This document shows positions 40,423 to 54,140 of a stretch of DNA of 64,000 nucleotides, piece by piece (the first letter of the stretch is position 1; each line of letters starts with the position of its first letter). Under the pieces are notes generated by a model. The model was not told the DNA's origin, searched no databases, and saw only the letters and a program-made list of their open reading frames with translations. The position numbers were made by a program, and so were the translations under genes. The stretch comes from Ancylonema sp. (Eukaryota). Location: the NCBI GenBank assembly GCA_050230475.1, contig JBFLGF010000055.1, forward strand, positions 1 through 64,000. The letters run 5' to 3'.

Positions 40423-42167
40423 CTACTCGAGCTCAGTGATGTCTCTCGACTCGAGGTGTTCGCTGGCCAATTCCCTGGCAGCCTCTCGCCGGATCTCCAA
40501 CCTTAGGGTTTCGTCGTTGCATGTCACAGTAGCTCTCGTCAAAATTGCGGAGCAACCTGCACAAGACCAAGTCAATGGAGTGAATGACTAATTACAAAAA
40601 CGACACAAGGAGACTCCAATTCTCACAACTGACACGCACCCTAAAAGCGATGACATCGAAGAAGGATGATGAGAATTATGGGATCACCTGCCATCGGACA
40701 GGCCTTAAAGTTGACCATGTATTCAAAAATCGCTGCCTTCTCATATATGTGTCTGCACTTGGCCCTGAAACTCAGGATCGACCACGAGTGTCAGTGTTGC
40801 ATCAGCGGTTGCTTTGCAGTTCACATCTATGATCCATACTGCTCTCGTGGAAGCAACAGCAGCCTGACTGATGGTGACGTTGATGCAGAGCCACATGCTT
40901 TTTACAGATGACTGACATTGAGAAAGATGGAGGTTCCCTAGAAATAGTTTGACATACCCGCGAACAGGATCAACAAGTTTGCTGACGGCAATCATTGTTA
41001 TGGGGCAATGGTTGTTCGGCAATCCAGCCGCATCCATCAAGATGTCATCGTCCTCTTCCCCAGGCATCGGTTCATTCGGATGCTTTTGCTTCTGCGCGGA
41101 CATTGCGAATGGTTTTAAGCAACAGATGGTATATGCTGTTGATGACATATGCTTGCACATGATCGGCTCTCATCTCGGCACTCTGTCTAGTCAGCTTATA
41201 ATTGTTGTTGAAAAAAATGGTTAAATATGATGAGGGTCACAGTTATTACCACCAAGCAAAGAAGTCAGAGGCCTGATGGAGCACCAATGTGGTTAAAGCT
41301 TTGATGACCACAGCTGTTCCATCCCCACTCACCCAGACAGCCTCCTCAAAACTCTTTGTTGAGGGGTCGTTTTCGGGGGTGAAAGGTTTCCTTGCAGCTA
41401 TGCTTGCTGTCTCCGATTCAATATACTTCCGGAAGTCAACAGGCTGGTCCACGGAAGCGCACCGATAGTCAGAATTGCGACAGGGGTTGCATTTGTCTGC
41501 TTTGAAGCATCAGCAAAGTCCTGATGATGGTGTGCAAGGAGACAACAGCCAATTCCTTACAGTTTGTGCGTCATATCGATACACCGTTTTCAGTTTTTGA
41601 AGGACTTCCCGGTGGCATTGCATTTTGTGCAGAAGTTCTAAGCTCTCGAGATTTGCTGCTCGCAGCTCAGCCACCTGAGAATGAAACACTCTTCAACATT
41701 TCACTGGCTCGCCTCATATTATCCATCACATTTTTTTCTTTCAATGGTTTCCACTGGCATTGCACGGCTTTGCGTGCGGGCATAATAGATTTGACAGGGA
41801 GTTGTAATGAGTACAAATTCAGTCCACTGTATTACATTGCTGGAGCATGTCAAATATAGAGATTGGAAACAGACAGAAAGCTGCCCTTACCAAGTCGCCA
41901 TACCTTGTCTGGCTGATCGTCACCCTCCATCTCTTCGGCTGATCCACGCAAGAGCAACATATCCATCTCTAGCCGCTGCTGCGCATTAAAACACCACGTC
42001 AGTCAGTCATTATTTTTTGGAAGGAAATACGCGGATCAACAACCTGCCATTCGCGGATAAGATCGACAGATTATTAACGTCACAATCCGCACCTGCATGA
42101 ATTTCTCCTTCCGAGAAATGTCTTCCTGCAAAGCGCCTTGCACTATGTGTAAAGCTTGAGCAGGCAT
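40423..42167 (-). CDS. MMS21: SUMO E3 ligase MMS21/NSE2 (SP-RING), 7 exons
   Basis: FEEAVW|KQKHPNEPMPGEEDDDILM..NNHCPITMIAVSKLVDPVR|AKCRHIYEKAAIFEY..CPMAG|C matches the plant MMS21/HPY2 pattern. The start exon (42167-42093) is less certain. Confidence 0.9.
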
Positions 42168-42905
42168 ATCGATTCCTTAACCGGTTTCAATCAATTAAAT
42201 TCGTTCTTGAGGCGAATCGAGCCTGTTGATGGAAAGATCAAAGCCCGGAGTGCAAGTCAACAGGGCACGTCATCTTCAGCTAGAAGAGAAGTGCACACTT
42301 CGTTGCGTGATTTATGAAGCAAGGGGAGGCGCATTGAGGGCAATCACTGAGCAAAGTCGAGCTGATAGAAATCCGGAATCGTCGTTGCATTTGTCACGGA
42401 CTTCCCACTGAGAGCAAGAAACAAGCGCATGACTCGTCAGACGCCTCGGGGTACACAGGGGCTAGCCGGTGACATCGTTTGCAAGTCTTGCTGCTCACGA
42501 TTCCCTGCTAGTCAACTATTTATGGTACGCGGGGCCAGGACATTGGGGCCTGAGGAGGACGGCGCGCCAAGTGAAGAGGTGATTCTCGAAATCCTGCCAG
42601 TCTTTAATAATTGAAGCAGAAAATAGCACAACGCACGGTAGACCGGAAGTCGGGAAGAAAACTGTATAACTTAAGGGAGTTTCCTTTTTTGCGCGCGAAA
42701 ATGTGCCGAAATTGTCAAAAACCAACATGCAACTCTGTCGATGATCTTTCGCACCGGCATTCGTCACGATACAACGTCAACCAGCTGCAAGATGCGTCTG
42801 TTGAAGCCTGCAACACTCCCAACACAGTAAAAAAGGGGTCCATTGGTCTGCGAAGGGCTTCGTGTACTCTACTGCGATAACGTGTCAGCAAAGTGTTTCT
42901 TCAAG

Positions 42906-43875
42906 ATGGGACTCCTCACTATCATCAGGAAGGTGAAACAGAAGGAGAAGGAGATGCGAATTCTGATGGTGTAAGTTTAGCACCTGGTATTTCGCAGTAT
43001 TGAAGTAAAATACAACGCAGCGTGTTGATTGGTACCTTATTTCCATTTTGGTTGAGCAGTGGCTTGGACAACGCGGGTAAAACTACGATAGTAAAGCGGG
43101 TGAACGGGGAGGATGCCAGCGGCGTCAGCCCCACCCTGGGATTCAGTATCAGCACTATGCTGTTTGGACGGTGAGGCACACGCCGGAGCGGCTTATAAGA
43201 ATATATACAGTCATTGACACATTCTAGGGTTGTCTAGGTATCGCTTGAACATATGGGACGTCGGTGGGCAGAAGACCCTTCGTTCTTACTGGCGCAACTA
43301 CTACGAGCAGACAGATGGCATGATTTGGGTGGTTGATAGCGCGGATCTCCGGCGTCTAGATGACTGCCGAGCTGAGCTCCACAAGCTCCTCATGGAAGAG
43401 GTAGGCTCAATGATGATCTCATGAGATTTATCTAGCGAGAAATCAGAACTGCTTAGTGCCTTTACTTCATTGCCGAAGCACCTTCCAAGAACTTTCTAAG
43501 AGTGGAACACGGAAATTCTGTCAATGCAGAAGCTTGCAGGGGCTTCCTTGTTAATCATGGCCAACAAACAAGACACGGGAGGAGCGCTTCCCGCAAAGCA
43601 CATAGCAAAGGTACTGAATCACCTCCCCAAGTGCTCAAACCAACTTCTTATGCAGCTTGGAAGGGGTCTTGAAGTAACTCATAATCTCGGGTTACGTAGA
43701 CGCAGCTAACCAAGGACAGGCGGTGGTGTGATCGCAGGCACTTGAATTGGATCGCATGGACTCAGATCGCCATGTCCACATACAAGCATGCAGTGCTTTC
43801 TCAGGAGAAGGAGTTTTGGTGGGATTTGAATGGCTTGTAGGCGATATTGGAAATCGCATATACATGTATGATTAA
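42906..43875 (+). CDS. ARL2: ADP-ribosylation factor-like GTPase 2, 5 exons
   Basis: [55 protein letters not shown], ending RIYMYD-TAA. Head to head with MMS21, about 740 bp apart. Confidence 0.96.
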
Positions 43876-44564
43876 AATGGGTTCATTCCATTTTCTTGAA
43901 ATGCACTCGTTAAGGACATGACTCGCACGTGAGTGGTCGACAACAATACATTTGTACATAGTAGTGAGAACATGATCTGAGTGGATGTGGCAATGCAAAT
44001 TTATTGAGTTCTTCAAGTGTTACGTACCGGAATTGCTTGCAATCAATGACCTAGCGCCCCATGTACTACAAGGTTGATACCGGTGTGAACGAGCTTTGCT
44101 TTGTTGTCATCGAAGGTGGCATTCGAGCAATATTGCTTATGAAGAGTAAGATCGTGATTGTGTTTGTTTTTGTTTTTGTTTTTGTTCTTGTTCTTGTTCT
44201 TGTTTCTGTTTGTTGATGTGTGGAATTCGAAAGTCGTGAGTTTTGGTCTTTCGCCCTATTATTCTTCGCTTGCTCTTTGTCTCGCATCAATGCGGGAAGT
44301 AGTGTAAGTCGGATAATTTGAAGACGGTCATGCACATGATGGCGTCGTTTCGCCGTGCTTATCGGGGAGCCATACATACAATTCGATGATAATGTGGAGA
44401 CGCAAAGTTGGTAGAAGATTGACAATGACGTTGTTGTTATGAAATTACATCGTGCTTTTTCATGAAAATGACAATTGTTAGTGACATTAATGTAGTATTC
44501 AGTTGTATCGTAGGAGAAACACCACGAATCAAGTATGCAGTTGCACTTAGGGGTAAAACCACGN

Positions 44565-45430
44565 ATGGGAGGGGTCTTGAAGTAACTCATAATGTCGGGT
44601 AATGTAGGCGCAGCTAACGAAGGACAGGCGGTGGTGTGATCGCAGGCGCTTGAATTGGATCGCATGGACTCTGATCGCCATGTCCACATACAAGCATGTA
44701 GTGCTTTCTCAGGAGAAGGAGTTTTGGCGGGATTTGAGTGGCTTGTAGGCGATATTGGAAATCGCATATACATGTATGATTAACATGGGTGCGTTCTATT
44801 TTCTTGCAATGCACTCGTTAAGGACATGACTCGCACGTGAGTGGTCATCAACAGTTTATTTGTACATAGTAGTTAGAACAAGGTCTGAGTGGATGTGGCA
44901 ATGCAAATTTATTGAGTTCTTTAAATGTTACAAAATTATGTTGATTTATTCATTTCACTTCTTATGACACCGTAATTACTTGCAAGCAATGACCTTGCGC
45001 CCCATGTACTACAAGGTTGATACTAGTGTGAATGAGCTTTGCTATGTTGTCATTGAAGGTGGCATTCGAGCAATCTTGCTTACAAAGTGTAAGGTCGTGA
45101 TTGTTTTTGTTTGTTGATGTATGCAATTTGAAAATCGTGAGTTTCGGTCTTTCGCCCTATCATTCTTCGCTTGCTCTTTGTCTCGCATCGTTGTGGGAAG
45201 TAGCGTAAGTCGGATACTTTGAAGACGGTCATGCACATGATGGCGTCGTTTCGCCGTGCTTACCGGAGAGACACATATACAAATCTATGAGAATGTGGAG
45301 GCGCAAAGTTGGTAGAAGATTGACAATGACGTTGTTGTTATGAAACTGTATCGTGCTTTCTCATGAAAAGGACAATTGTTAGTGACAATAATAATCAAGT
45401 ATGCAGTTGCACTTAGGGGTAAAACCACGA
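44565..45430. repeat. Diverged duplicate of about 43657-44563 including the last ARL2 exon (44647-44783)
   Basis: Starts at N 44564. The exon has mostly synonymous changes plus one V>A. The first copy stops at the N at the sequence (GGGGTAAAACCACG) that recurs at about 45416-45429. Confidence 0.92.
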
Positions 45431-45809
45431 TCTGGCACACGGAGATTTAATGCCTTCAAAAGCTTGAAGGTCCTCTTGACCCTACCTAATTATTCGGAGC
45501 ACATACTTTCACTCTTTCTATTCGTATACATCTGATGGAAGGCTATATCGCACGCCTGATACGTACCAGGTGTTCATGTCGAGGACACCTCGTTTGTTAT
45601 GCATTGACATTGTGTCTAAAATTATTCGACTTCCAAAAGTTTATTGACAACTTTCGACATTATAATTGCCTTTCATGTCTTCACCCACTTAAAAAAGGTC
45701 ACTCGCTTTTCACCCACAAATCTTCGGAAACAGAGCTGTGATAATATAAGTGTGGATGTACGTTCTAATGTGTTTATTTTATTTTTATTATTATTTTAAT
45801 ATGTTCTAC

Positions 45810-45866
45810 ATCAGCATACAGCATACAGCATACAGCATACATCATACATCATACATCATACATCAT
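45810..45866. repeat. Heptamer microsatellite (CATACAG/CATACAT)n
   Basis: Directly visible. Confidence 0.85.
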
Positions 45867-46401
45867 ATGTCTACACACACTGAAAAAAAGTCACTCGCTT
45901 TTCACCCATCAAGTTTCGGAAACAGAGTTGTGATAATATAAGTGCGGACGCCATGTGTAGGTGCATGTTCTAATGTATTTCTTTCATTATCATACCATAT
46001 GATGTATTCTACATCTGCATATATCATACATTATACAGCATACATCATACATGAACAACATGATGGAAATACAATGGTTTGCAAACTTACATCATGACCG
46101 TCATATTTGGCGTCTCATGCCAGTTTCTAAATTCAATACAAGATCTTTGTGCCATCGTGTGTAATGTGGTGCACATTTATCACCGGTCATCTTCTTGTGT
46201 GAAATACGGACGAAATAAATGTATATACCATGGACATCCGATTGTGTACTAAACTGACTCGAGGAACACAATCACCCATAGCAACACCCATCTTCCGTGC
46301 TATGTACAACAACGACAAGACTTTACACATCGATACCACACACAGGTGCTTCAGAACACAGGTTTTTCTATGACTCTCAAGACAGTGTGAAGACCACTTA
46401 C

Positions 46402-48617
46402 TCAAACCAACGGTCCTACTTTAGCTACAAGAGCTCTTGCGTCATCAAGTAAGGACCATACATCCAAGTGGCCTACACAGCTATTACAAAGACGGAGTAC
46501 TTCGTCTATTGCTTCACAACACAGAATCTCTTTCCTATGTTGCTTCACAGCCGCAGCCACCACAAACAAAACAAGATCCTTTGTTGCTCCAGCCCATGAA
46601 GATTTCTTCCTTCTCACGACAGAACCCCCCACGCTTGCCGCAGCTGCGGCAGCAGCCTGCAATGCTGAAGCAGCAGCAGCATCAGCCCAAGTGACTTCCC
46701 AGAGTCCAAGAGTTTGCTCGAAGGACAGTTCCCTCCTCATCAGCACCACAATCATGCGGTACACAAATATACAATCATCGGCGCCCATTCTTGTGAGATG
46801 TGCGTACAACTTAGGGTCTCCAAGTCGCAGAATCTTAGCGACCGTCTCCAACTGCTGCCTGATGCCGATTTCATCAATGCGAAAGTTCTGCCTAGCCTTC
46901 TTCATGAAGCTCTCAAAACATGAAAATGCCTCCGCGTCATCCGTGAGGAGAGCCACAACAGGGGAGAGAAGGTCACTCATGCCTTGGCAGTATCCTATCT
47001 CAGGATCTTGAAGGGCATACACCTCCAATATTGCAACCAGCCGTGCGGCATGATGCCTTCTGGAAGGTTCCAAATGGCTGTCGTCGACCAGGCCCACAGC
47101 CTCAGCCAAAAGTCTCGCTTCCTCTTCTGGAATTTCGTTCTGAGAAGAGTACGGTATCCATGCTGCATTCATTCGTACTGCGTCGAGCCGCATGATCCGT
47201 CGCCAAGTTGCTAAATCTTCCAGAAACTTTGCATCACCAGATCCATCAGCAGGAAGGTTCTCTGGAAAGTTTGGGGATCGGTATTCTTGACCACCATTCA
47301 CTAACTTCAATTGCGACTCAGAAGCCATGGCACAGTCTTCTGCCTCTTCCAGGACTACAGATCCTATCCTGTTAGTGTGAACGGCCATTCCGTCGACACC
47401 ACCCTCCTCATCTCCCACTTCTCCAGCAACAGGGGTGCCAAGCAGCGGTTCAGATTCACTGACAGATGGTTTGACATCACAGCCTGAAACACTCTCCTCG
47501 TCACAGTTTCCCAAATCAACCTCCGGTGCAACCTTGGCTATTTTCTTGGCAGCTTCGTCATCAGCAGCTCGTTGCCTCTCAATCCTCTTCTCCTCTTCCT
47601 TCTGAGCCAAGGCTCCCAGCTCCAGACATCTCCGCCGAAGGTCTTCAAATCGTTCCCTGCAATCATGAAATATACACCTCTGTCCATCGAATCTCTTTTA
47701 TGAGCCATAAACAAGCGAAAGAAAGAAAGACGTTTTTACAAGAACACAAACAATGTTTAAAATGTCAAAGTGTACCTCCTGTCTGATTTCTGCTTGCACC
47801 TTTCCACTTCCGAGCTGTTCCCATCGTACCTGCAGAGAACAGAACAAGAGCTTGTTAGATTTCAATACATTCTGCAGGAGACTGCTTCCAAGTGTTGGAC
47901 GACAGGAAGCAATGTAAATATCATAAATTACGGACAAAGAGGATTCAAGCAAGAAAATCATGCGCTCAAAATGTGATATGGGAAAGTGTGTGTGCTCACA
48001 GGCCCAGAAGGAATGGCCACACATCCCCTCTCACATCGGGATCGCAGCCCTGCCAGTCACGTTCACAAGGATGTGTTATGGAATCAAGATTACCATGGGA
48101 AGCTTTCTGGTCGATAGATACTGCTCAGGTTGCATGGGGTCAAGGTCATATCGGGCTCACTCCTCTTCTGACTCTGCCAATAATCTTCTCCCCTCCTCCT
48201 ATGAGTCTCTGATCGCCTGTCTCGAATGCGTTACGCCAGTCACTTGGAGTCAAAGGTTTCGGCCTTCTCGATCTCTTGTCAAATACAGAGCATAATTTTC
48301 TGCAAAAAATATTCAGTTGCAAAGTTGAGAGAGTGCGATGGCGCCTAAACTACTAGCACAAAAATCGGGGCACAGCAGAGCTGCCTGCCTGATCAAATTC
48401 ACTGGTCATTCTCCCGAAATTAATATACTCACCGTTCGTTCAGCAGTACAAAGGTGCCTAAGGCTGCTGCAACGGCTACGCCCGTAAAAGCGGTCACACC
48501 GACGCCAATAACGACAGCCGTCAGCACCTTGGCTGTTTGGCCCTCTCCCTGAAAACCCGCCATGACCTCACGTGTTCTGTCCGCAAGTTTTTGATACCTC
48601 TGTTCGATATTTGTCAT
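46402..48617 (-). CDS. TBC-domain Rab GTPase-activating protein with N-terminal hydrophobic segment, 5 exons
   Basis: Exons encode AVVIGVGVTAFTGVAVAAALG, PLTPSDWRNAF, GCDPDVRGDVWPFLLGL, IMRLDAVR (IxxDxxR finger) and IGYCQGMSDLLSP (YxQ finger). The start ATG at 48617 is inferred. Confidence 0.92.
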
Positions 48618-49547
48618 CGATCGCAAAGTTTTAATACTTTTGCGTGTCTATCTTTATTCATCACACTAAGTATGTTTGACAACTGGGCGGTACCGTGTCA
48701 AGGCATGTCAATGTATGTCAATGTCTGACGAAGTGCCTGTAGTGCCGAAATGCCCGTCAATAAAACATACTCAATGCCATCAGTGCCACTCTCACCAAGC
48801 TATGCTCTATGTACGCGAAACGATGACAATCATAGTGGCCCGTAGTGCTGGATTTCCACTCCGGGCAACTGGGTGGTCTATTCCAGCCTGGAAAAGACCG
48901 GCCAGCCCCCTACCTCCAGCCCTCGAAATCCCATCCGCAGTTAAACGTATCCTTTTAGCAGTACGGTACCTTCCGACGTAATATCACGCGTAAATACCGT
49001 CTTTCAGGCACGTTCATATTCTTCCGAGTCGGAAACGTGATTTTGCGTGTTTCTTTGCAGGAGTCCCGACCGCTTTCACGAAGCTTCCCTACCACAGCTG
49101 ACCGCGGTCCCTAGCGTCGTCAAACTGGTCTTCTTCGCTTGGACGGTACATGCCCTGTCGTGTGAAGAAAATTGTGGTGATACCTGTATTCTGCACAGTT
49201 AGATTGGTACTAGAATTCGGCGAGGAGGGATATTCAGTGGGGCCCAGCTTTAAGAGTCCAGGTAAGTTACGTTACATTACTTCATAGTGAAGGAGAACGA
49301 TCATGGAATTTGTCCATCGCAAACCGTGAGAATCACCGTCCTTGTGATATTCACAGCAAATCTCTAGAGCGCTGAAATTATGATTGTTTCAAAAAAATGT
49401 TGTCCTTTTTTTCTGTATGGTATGTCTGGGTGGAAATACGTCTGTCTACACACCGCTCCGTCGTTAAAATGCTCCGCAATCAGCCCGTTCTCAACCTCCA
49501 TCTCGCCTCGCAGATTTTAGCGCCGTCCTCAAAGAATGCCACGCGGA

Positions 49548-50924
49548 ATGGCAGGAGGAGCAAACTTTTTCAGTCGAGTGGTTCAATACGTGGCCAATGA
49601 ATTACTTGTAGATCGACTTGCCAATAATCCTTCGTTTCAGCGGTTCGCAGTCCGTTCGTCGAAGGCCATCGACGAGCTTGCTCAGAAAGGTAAACAATGA
49701 TTTTCCTGTCCGAAAAAGCGACAACGGCAAGCTTTGACATGCAGAGCATGCCAGGGTTACGAAGGATCGAAAGAGAAGAAGAGAAATCGGAAAAGAAGAC
49801 ATGGAATCGGAAATCGCATATTCTACCGAAATGTAGTAGACTTCTAGTGCATTTAGATATCGACTTTTTTGGATCGTTGGATTCAGATCCTTGTGTCAAG
49901 GCATGAATACTTATGTTCACTTGTCCCACATGAGCTCACTTTTACTTCCGAAGGATTCTGGTCGAACCCACCCAAAACTTTACATGGTGTGTCTATTGTA
50001 CTGCCTGTGGATGTTTCAGGGGCGCAGAGCCGAGAACAGCTTATGAAGCAGATGAAGGAGCTTTCTGAGAATGTACAGGAGGAGGTGAGACTCAGGCTTT
50101 TGCCACATTAACTCTCCAATGGAATGTTATTCTATGGACGTGAATGTGCACGCATGGGTTCTGGCCATGTACAAATGCATATACAAATGGTTTACTCATC
50201 TGCAAACACCACTGTATAATTGCTCAGACCAGATAATGAACAAGAATGTAGACGTGGAAGCTAATGGAGCTGGTGCGAAGTACATCTATTGTTGGTTATA
50301 ACAGACAGACGCATCAGCATACATGCATACTCGCAATACTCGTGCACTGATGTATGTTACTGCCTGGCATCCGATATTCCTCTCATTCGCCTCTGTTGCT
50401 CACTGCCCTGCCAAGATTTGTGTCTTTGTGTCACTGCTCCACAGAAATGAAACGTTGCATATGTTCGTTTGTGTCGTTATCTGGGGAGACAAATTCATCA
50501 AATTCAAGTCATTTGAGGCAGGGCACCCATGTCTGACCATCATGTTTGGAGTGTGTGCATGAGTGGCATTGTCGTATGATGTTGCATCTCATGTCCGTAG
50601 CTTGTGTGGGGATGGGTGGTCTGTGGGTCCGTGACTTGATTCCTGAATGGAATTCTTTGTGCGGTGGAAGACTGGCAACAAATACATTGCACCAAACCAA
50701 AGCTGACTCAGACAGCATCGAACTGGTAGCAAATGAGCCGGTAGCGTCACCACGGTATAATGACAAGGAGTCCCTGGAATCATAGTAAGGTCGAGACTGG
50801 CTGCAGGGCCTGACGACTTCCGTGTTTTTTGGGACAAGGTGATAGTGAGGTTGTGATTGGTTGTTGTTGTTTTGAATGTGAAATGCAGGTGTCACGGAAT
50901 ATGAAGGACTCGAAAAAGCGATGA
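49548..50924 (+). CDS. Small (~80 aa) conserved plant protein of unknown function, 3 exons
   Basis: Exons 49548-49689, 50020-50084, 50889-50924: MAGGANFFSRVVQYVANELLVDRLANNPSFQRFAVRSSKAIDELAQKG|AQSREQLMKQMKELSENVQEE|VSRNMKDSKKR*. Exons are better conserved than introns in the second copy. Confidence 0.85.
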
Positions 50925-52070
50925 TGATTCTATTTGTTACAAGTTTTCGGTATGAAGCTTAGGGACTTCAATGTGTCCATTGTACATATTACAGCCAGGA
51001 CATAACACAAGCTTTTATGTAGACAGGGATCGAATTCTTAGTCTCAGATGTGACATAAAATGCTGCCTTGAGCTTTTAGTTTGAATATTTGAATTGATCA
51101 TTACCAAGAGACAAAAAAGCATGTTGCGTGCAGCAAGTAGCATGCAAATAGCATGCTGTCCGACTTTTCAACCACAATGGCCAAGGTGTGATGGATGGTG
51201 TCACTAACTTTGGTGTAACCACGCATCCTTGTGCGTCATTGAGACATGGCACTTCGATGAGTCATGGAGTTGTGTGAAGGAGGTGTGAACACGGTGTGCT
51301 CGCGATGTTGTATGATGCTTCTGCATAGGATTGTCCATAATTCGGGAGCATTCATTGCAAAAAGAAGTTCGTAAGAGTGCCCTTGTAGAATCCCGAATTC
51401 AGAATTAGCTCCAATTAAATTTGTCACATTCGTCACATTTACATTGTTTTGATTGAGGTTGTTTTTTTGGGTTTTTTCATTTTTTTCAAAAACCATCCAA
51501 TTACTTCGAAACTGCTGAATTTTCATCTGTTTCTGGTGGTTAAAAGTGAGGGTCTAGCTAAGGGGAAGTTGTACTCATGCCAAAGTTCCGTTGGAATTGG
51601 TGGGTGAGGGGGGAACGCAAAACAATGAAAATGGGTGCGAGTTTCACATGGGAGGATGTTTTTAATAATTCGGAAAAAAATGAGTGGTAAATTGTATCTG
51701 ATACCAAAGGTGCAATGATTGACTAGCGATCGATGATCGATGATCTTTTCCTTTGGGGAAACGTGTCGTGGTACCAGCGGTCTACGTAAATGACATGACC
51801 GAATGTGACCAAAATAGATGACATGTTTTCAAGCATAATGGGACGATCAAAACATTTATATACACATCAGGTGTTCTACAACGTATCACACATGTCTCGC
51901 AGCCATCAAACCAAAGAGGTGTTGCGTTGCAATTGTATTTGACTTCATGCACACACAAACACACATCATACACTCTTGTAAAAGGAAAACACATCGATGT
52001 GCTCAAGGACTTCTACATTGGAACCTACACTAAGTATTGCGCATAAATTGTCCGTTGACTATGGCACAAA

Positions 52071-54140
52071 TCACAAGTTTGGTTGTGCAGTAAGTCGAAT
52101 GTATGACTTTCCAGAAGGGAGCTCTTTCGTCTCAAAACCCGTAGGAAATTTCTGCAATGCTTCCTCATTTGAGAGGCTCGGGACCACCATACACTTGTCG
52201 CCATTTTGCCAATTCGCTGGGGTTGCCACTTTGTAATTGGCCGTGAGTTGGAGAGAATCAATCACTCGCAAAACCTAAAGCAAAGAACAACTTGTACGTT
52301 ATGTTATTAATGAAGATTATCACAAGCATCAATAAAGGTCAAGTTAAGGTCAAGTTAAGGTCAAGTTAAGGTCAAGTTAAGGTCAAGTTAAGGTCAAGTT
52401 AAGGTCAAGGTCCTACAAGCCAACAATGTGGGCTGAAACTCATAGATATTTTCTCCACTCGACGCCGCGTTTCCGATCAAAAACGGTCTCAACCTTTCTT
52501 CATCACAGCTTTCATGCCAAATGAATGACATTCGTTACTTCCATGTTGCGCACTCAGTCCCGCCTTCTTCTCCTCCTCCACTACCCACAGTTGTCAACCT
52601 CGCCATAACCCGTTACATTCCTTACCTCATTGAAATTCCTCACGGTGGTGGCCGGGTAAAGAATGGAGAGAGCGAGCTTCTTCTGAGGGTTGATCACAAA
52701 CACTGCGCGAGCCGTGAGCGGGATCCCCACTTTGTCTTTGGCTTCGGGGTCGAGCATCCCCCAAGACACTGCCAACGTCCGGTCCGGATCGGCGATGATG
52801 GGGTACTTTATTTTCGCTCCGGGAGTGTATGCTTCGATATCGACCACCCAGGCCTTGTGCATGTCAACCTGAAGGAAACCAATTCAAAATGAGAATATGC
52901 TAATTGTTATTACAAACTTAACTCTATATTCATTTTTAGTTTTTTGGGGTTGGTTTTTTTTTTTCACGATCCTATTCGTGATTTTTTTCCTTCCCCGACG
53001 TTCATGTTTCTACTCGCATGGATTTGGCTCGACGTGAGCTCAGACTGGTACAAATTCTGTGAAAGTAAGAGCACTGAAGGGCCACAATTCAGAGTGTTAA
53101 AGTAAAGACAAACGGTCGTGGAGTATACATATATGGCAAAATGGAAATACAACGCATTCCACATTCCACCTCTGTCGACAACATCGCATTTGACGTTGAT
53201 GTGAACAGAGAGAGACAAGCAGCCAGTCGCGATGCGGATATGGGTGGATGGAAGTAGCAAGCGTTGAAGGAAAATCACTTACAGGGTTGCAGCTGAGAGC
53301 AAGAACCTTCACTCCTCGCTTCTCAAACTCTGCCATGGATTTGCCCACAACTCCGAGCTCTACCCAATGACAATGACAATGGTTTAACGTCAGTGCTAAG
53401 CATGCCAAATCAACGACATTCTATGCATCGTGCTGTAATACGTCTCCGCTTTAGTCGAGCATCGACCTCAGGAAAGTGGAGAAGCAAAAACTAACGTCAT
53501 AATATATTCGCCTGTGCGAATTCTCTGTCACCGAAAACGGCGGTCAGGGCTACTGGAAATGTTGCATATCCAAAGCCACAAGAAACTGCTACACAAACAT
53601 GTTCGCGAATTGACATAAAAATAGACAGGCAAGTCCAAGCAGATAGGCACTTCCGTTGTATAATGCAGTCGCCAAGAAGAACGTGCTTAGAACGACGACA
53701 GAGCGAAACACTGGTCCGGTCTGAGTACTCTGTTCGAAAATATTGTGTAGGCAGCGTGTATCACCTGTCGTACAAACGGGTGTGAAATCAGCCGGATGGG
53801 AGAACTGCAATCCCAGAGACAGCAGATAACAACGAGCGATAAGTGAAGGAGCAGATAGCTCAAAACCCTTGCTAACAAATACATACTGCACGATTCTAAT
53901 GCGAAGAAAAAATTACACTTGCACAATTTAAATTTCATTGGCAGTCTGGGCTCCCGAATGCTGCCGAGTATATTTGTGACGCTGATAACGAAGTGGTGAG
54001 GTGTCAGAGAAACCGAGAATAGGAATGTATCAAGCTCTTACCAAAATAGCCCATGAGCCATCGATGTAGTCGTGGAAATGAATGTCTCCCTCTGTGGACT
54101 GGGCCGTAAAATCGGGAACAATATCGCCTAGGTGAATCAT
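52071..54140 (-). CDS. PER1: 1-Cys peroxiredoxin (Prx6 family), 5 exons
   Basis: MIHLGDIVPDFTAQSTEG..WAIL|FSHPADFTPVCTT|ELG..; YPIIADPDR; TARAVF; VIDSLQLT..VATPANW; LPSGKSYIR. Confidence 0.95.
52335..52412. repeat. Perfect 11-bp tandem repeat (AAGGTCAAGTT) x6 plus a partial unit, intronic
   Basis: Directly visible in the last intron of the peroxiredoxin gene. Confidence 0.95.

Noticed and set aside
44565..44783. Duplicated last ARL2 exon as a mutually exclusive terminal exon
   Set aside because: It starts exactly at an N join and follows the haplotype-overlap pattern of the other duplicates.
52335..52412. Tandem repeat as CRISPR or telomere array
   Set aside because: There are no spacers; it is an 11-bp intronic minisatellite that does not match TTTAGGG-type repeats.
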